In this document: positions 14,049 through 15,868 of the stretch, piece by piece
How positions within the stretch are numbered: position 1 is the first letter of the stretch
How the letters are laid out: the number at the start of each line of letters is the position of its first letter
Virus record (IMG/VR): IMGVR_UViG_3300029288_007064
From: a virus
Lineage: Duplodnaviria; Heunggongvirae; Uroviricota; Caudoviricetes
DNA length: 15,868 nt
Direction: 5' to 3' (one strand)
The notes under the pieces: generated by a model
Databases searched by the model: none
Told to the model about the DNA's origin: nothing
The model's input: the letters and a program-made list of their open reading frames with translations, nothing else
Program-made: the position numbers and the translations under genes

Positions 14049-15509
14049 TCATTCATCTACGTCGGAGTATTCGTCTTCTTCAAGCATTTTAGTTCGTGCT
14101 TCAGACGGTGCGCCTTGTTGAACGTTTTCTTGCATAATAGCGCTACGTGGGAAGATAGGGAAGAATTTTTTAAGACCTTCTTCGCTATCTGGTTGAATAA
14201 GCACGAATTGTTTAACTGGCTCTATATCTTTCCATCTTAATTTTTTGCATTCTTCTTCTATTACCCATTTAGGTACTCCTCTATCACGTAATAACTTCTC
14301 TTGTTCTTCATTCATTATTTTGCAAGTTACTACATACTTACTTTGCTTTAGTATTACTCTATCGAGGAGATTTGGTTCTTGTGTAATAAATATGCCTGTC
14401 ATTCCGAACTGACCATATCTAGTAAGCATTTGTCTAAAAGCAAATCTACCAGGACTTCTTACAAAATTATTTACTATCGTGTCTGCCTCATCCATCACTG
14501 TAACAATAGGTCTATCCAATAACCCTTTAATATATCTTGTTCGCAAATCAGGTTTAAGAAATGCGACTCTACTTTGAATAACCTTTTCAGCAGCAATTTT
14601 AATATATGTTTGAAGTGTGGATTCATCTTCGACATCAATTGCCGTTTCCAAGAAGACTATTTTGTTATTCGCTAGTTTTTCTTCGAAATCAAAAGAATCT
14701 CTTTTTCCACCGAGTTCTCCACCGTCTACTCTATCTCTAAATTTATATAGCAAATCTCTAGAAACGCTTTGCTTTTTTCTTTCTTTCTCTTGGTCTTTTA
14801 TATCTTCAATAACTTTATTAAGCATATCAAGAGTATCTTTTGGCTTTTTGTTTAATACTCTTCTTAAAGCCATTCCAGCGGGTGACATCTGTCCTACGTT
14901 AAGAAATCTACACCACAATTTAATTCTAGACGGTAGTCCTAAAACATTAAAATCAGTCGGATTAATTCTATAAACATAAAATCCGTTTCCGGTTTTTATT
15001 CCGGTTCCCCTAGCTAAAAATTCAGGTACTGCATAACAAGCGTTTGGATAACCAGTTGGCTTTATTCCAAACTTCTTAAATTGTGTAATCGCTCTTGGGT
15101 CTTCTTGTTTTTCCGCAACATTAGTCATTTCGTTCTTTGGGTCTATGCCAAAATAATAATAACCTCTATCACCATGTATTTGGTCTAATGCAAAAGTCTT
15201 AACCCATTGTGTTTTACCTGCTCTTCTGAGCATACACACAACCATACCAAAAGATTTACCATCTGACCAATCAAGTGTTACGGGTTCATAGCTTTCAAAA
15301 TCTTCAACACCAAGAAGTAGATGTCCTTTTGGTATGCTTATTTCTTTCATATCTTCTGGAATAAATACTTCACCGTATTTTCCTCTCAAGGATGGTTTCT
15401 TAGAGTATTTAGCAAAATCAGCTAATAATATTTTATCGAAACCTTCTTTGTCTTTGTCTTCTTCTCTTTTAAATATAAAATATGAAGATGCAGATATAGT
15501 ATTCACCAA
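14049..15509 (-). CDS. HerA/FtsK/VirB4-superfamily P-loop ATPase (putative DNA packaging or translocation motor)
   Basis: 486 aa; Walker A-like MLRRAGKT (15233-15210), IDPKNEM motif typical of HerA/VirB4/VirD4, Walker B VMDEAD (14498-14481), then FG-x4-FITQEP and ILKQ; acidic C-tail; no TM. Confidence 0.85.
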   Translation of the reverse strand: MVNTISASSYFIFKREEDKDKEGFDKILLADFAKYSKKPSLRGKYGEVFIPEDMKEISIPKGHLLLGVEDFESYEPVTLDWSDGKSFGMVVCMLRRAGKTQWVKTFALDQIHGDRGYYYFGIDPKNEMTNVAEKQEDPRAITQFKKFGIKPTGYPNACYAVPEFLARGTGIKTGNGFYVYRINPTDFNVLGLPSRIKLWCRFLNVGQMSPAGMALRRVLNKKPKDTLDMLNKVIEDIKDQEKERKKQSVSRDLLYKFRDRVDGGELGGKRDSFDFEEKLANNKIVFLETAIDVEDESTLQTYIKIAAEKVIQSRVAFLKPDLRTRYIKGLLDRPIVTVMDEADTIVNNFVRSPGRFAFRQMLTRYGQFGMTGIFITQEPNLLDRVILKQSKYVVTCKIMNEEQEKLLRDRGVPKWVIEEECKKLRWKDIEPVKQFVLIQPDSEEGLKKFFPIFPRSAIMQENVQQGAPSEARTKMLEEDEYSDVDE

Positions 15510-15868
15510 CTTGTTCCTTTTGTTTCTTTCTTAGATTGAGCGAATATGTTACTAAAAGGATTACCAAACCTAAGTGCTTGGAATAATACTTTATCGCCTT
15601 GCTCTGCCACTTGCCAACTAATATCAGAAACTCTTCCACTAGCCATTTCCCAAAATTCATTCGGTGCTTTATTGCCTAAAAACATTTTCTCTGTTCTATT
15701 AGAGACCTTGTAAATAAAAATGTTAAATTTCTTTTTGTTCATTATCCAGCGTTCATCCTTCTTTGTCCACTTTATGAATTTCTTCTTGTTTATTTTTTCT
15801 ACTAACTGCTCAGAAGGTTCTGGTTCAAGAGCATCAAGGTTCTTCGGAAACGGTGTCCACTTCTTCAT
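15503..15868 (-). CDS. Hypothetical soluble basic protein, coupled to the ATPase gene
   Basis: 121 aa, Lys/Trp-rich, overlaps the ATPase start by 7 nt; begins exactly at the window edge, so the true start may lie upstream. Confidence 0.7.
   Translation of the reverse strand: MKKWTPFPKNLDALEPEPSEQLVEKINKKKFIKWTKKDERWIMNKKKFNIFIYKVSNRTEKMFLGNKAPNEFWEMASGRVSDISWQVAEQGDKVLFQALRFGNPFSNIFAQSKKETKGTSW

Noticed and set aside
96-14973. All plus-strand ORFs in the track (e.g. 96-362, 438-767, 1193-1660, 5589-6110, 6114-6506, 10356-10694, 10866-11420, 14617-14973)
   Set aside because: Each lies antisense to a longer minus-strand gene with an RBS and coherent protein features; they have no RBS or motifs and are shadow ORFs.
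15210-15233. Terminase large subunit suggested by the RRAGKT Walker A
   Set aside because: The IDPKNE motif, the TQxP strand and lack of an evident C-terminal RNase H-like nuclease domain fit HerA/FtsK/VirB4; no portal or HK97 capsid gene is nearby.

Overview
AT-rich, almost fully coding window with every credible gene on the minus strand, tightly packed and preceded by archaeal-type GGTGA/GGTGG Shine-Dalgarno sites, so it is most likely an archaeal enveloped virus/provirus or mobile element. Order in the direction of transcription: 121-aa unknown; atypical HerA/FtsK/VirB4-family ATPase (486 aa); 552-bp non-coding control region with direct repeats, a dyad and hairpins; a 318-aa N-anchored protein with high-expression signals (candidate major structural protein); two paralogous type I membrane glycoproteins (697 and 679 aa) whose architecture resembles class II fusion proteins of the fusexin (HAP2/Fsx1) type, separated by a small 3-TM protein; a Cys-rich 358-aa surface protein; four more small multi-TM proteins; a 39-aa Lys-rich protein missing from the ORF track; a 64-aa Zn-finger protein; a 1320-aa NosD-like beta-helix adhesin; and a CPBP (CAAX/Abi) intramembrane protease with an EGF-like N-terminus that runs off the left edge and is also missing from the track. 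No replication, integrase, rRNA, tRNA or CRISPR genes are visible. Best hypothesis, which is inference and needs structure prediction: a membrane-fusion-based virion or DNA-transfer module built around two fusexin-like paralogs.
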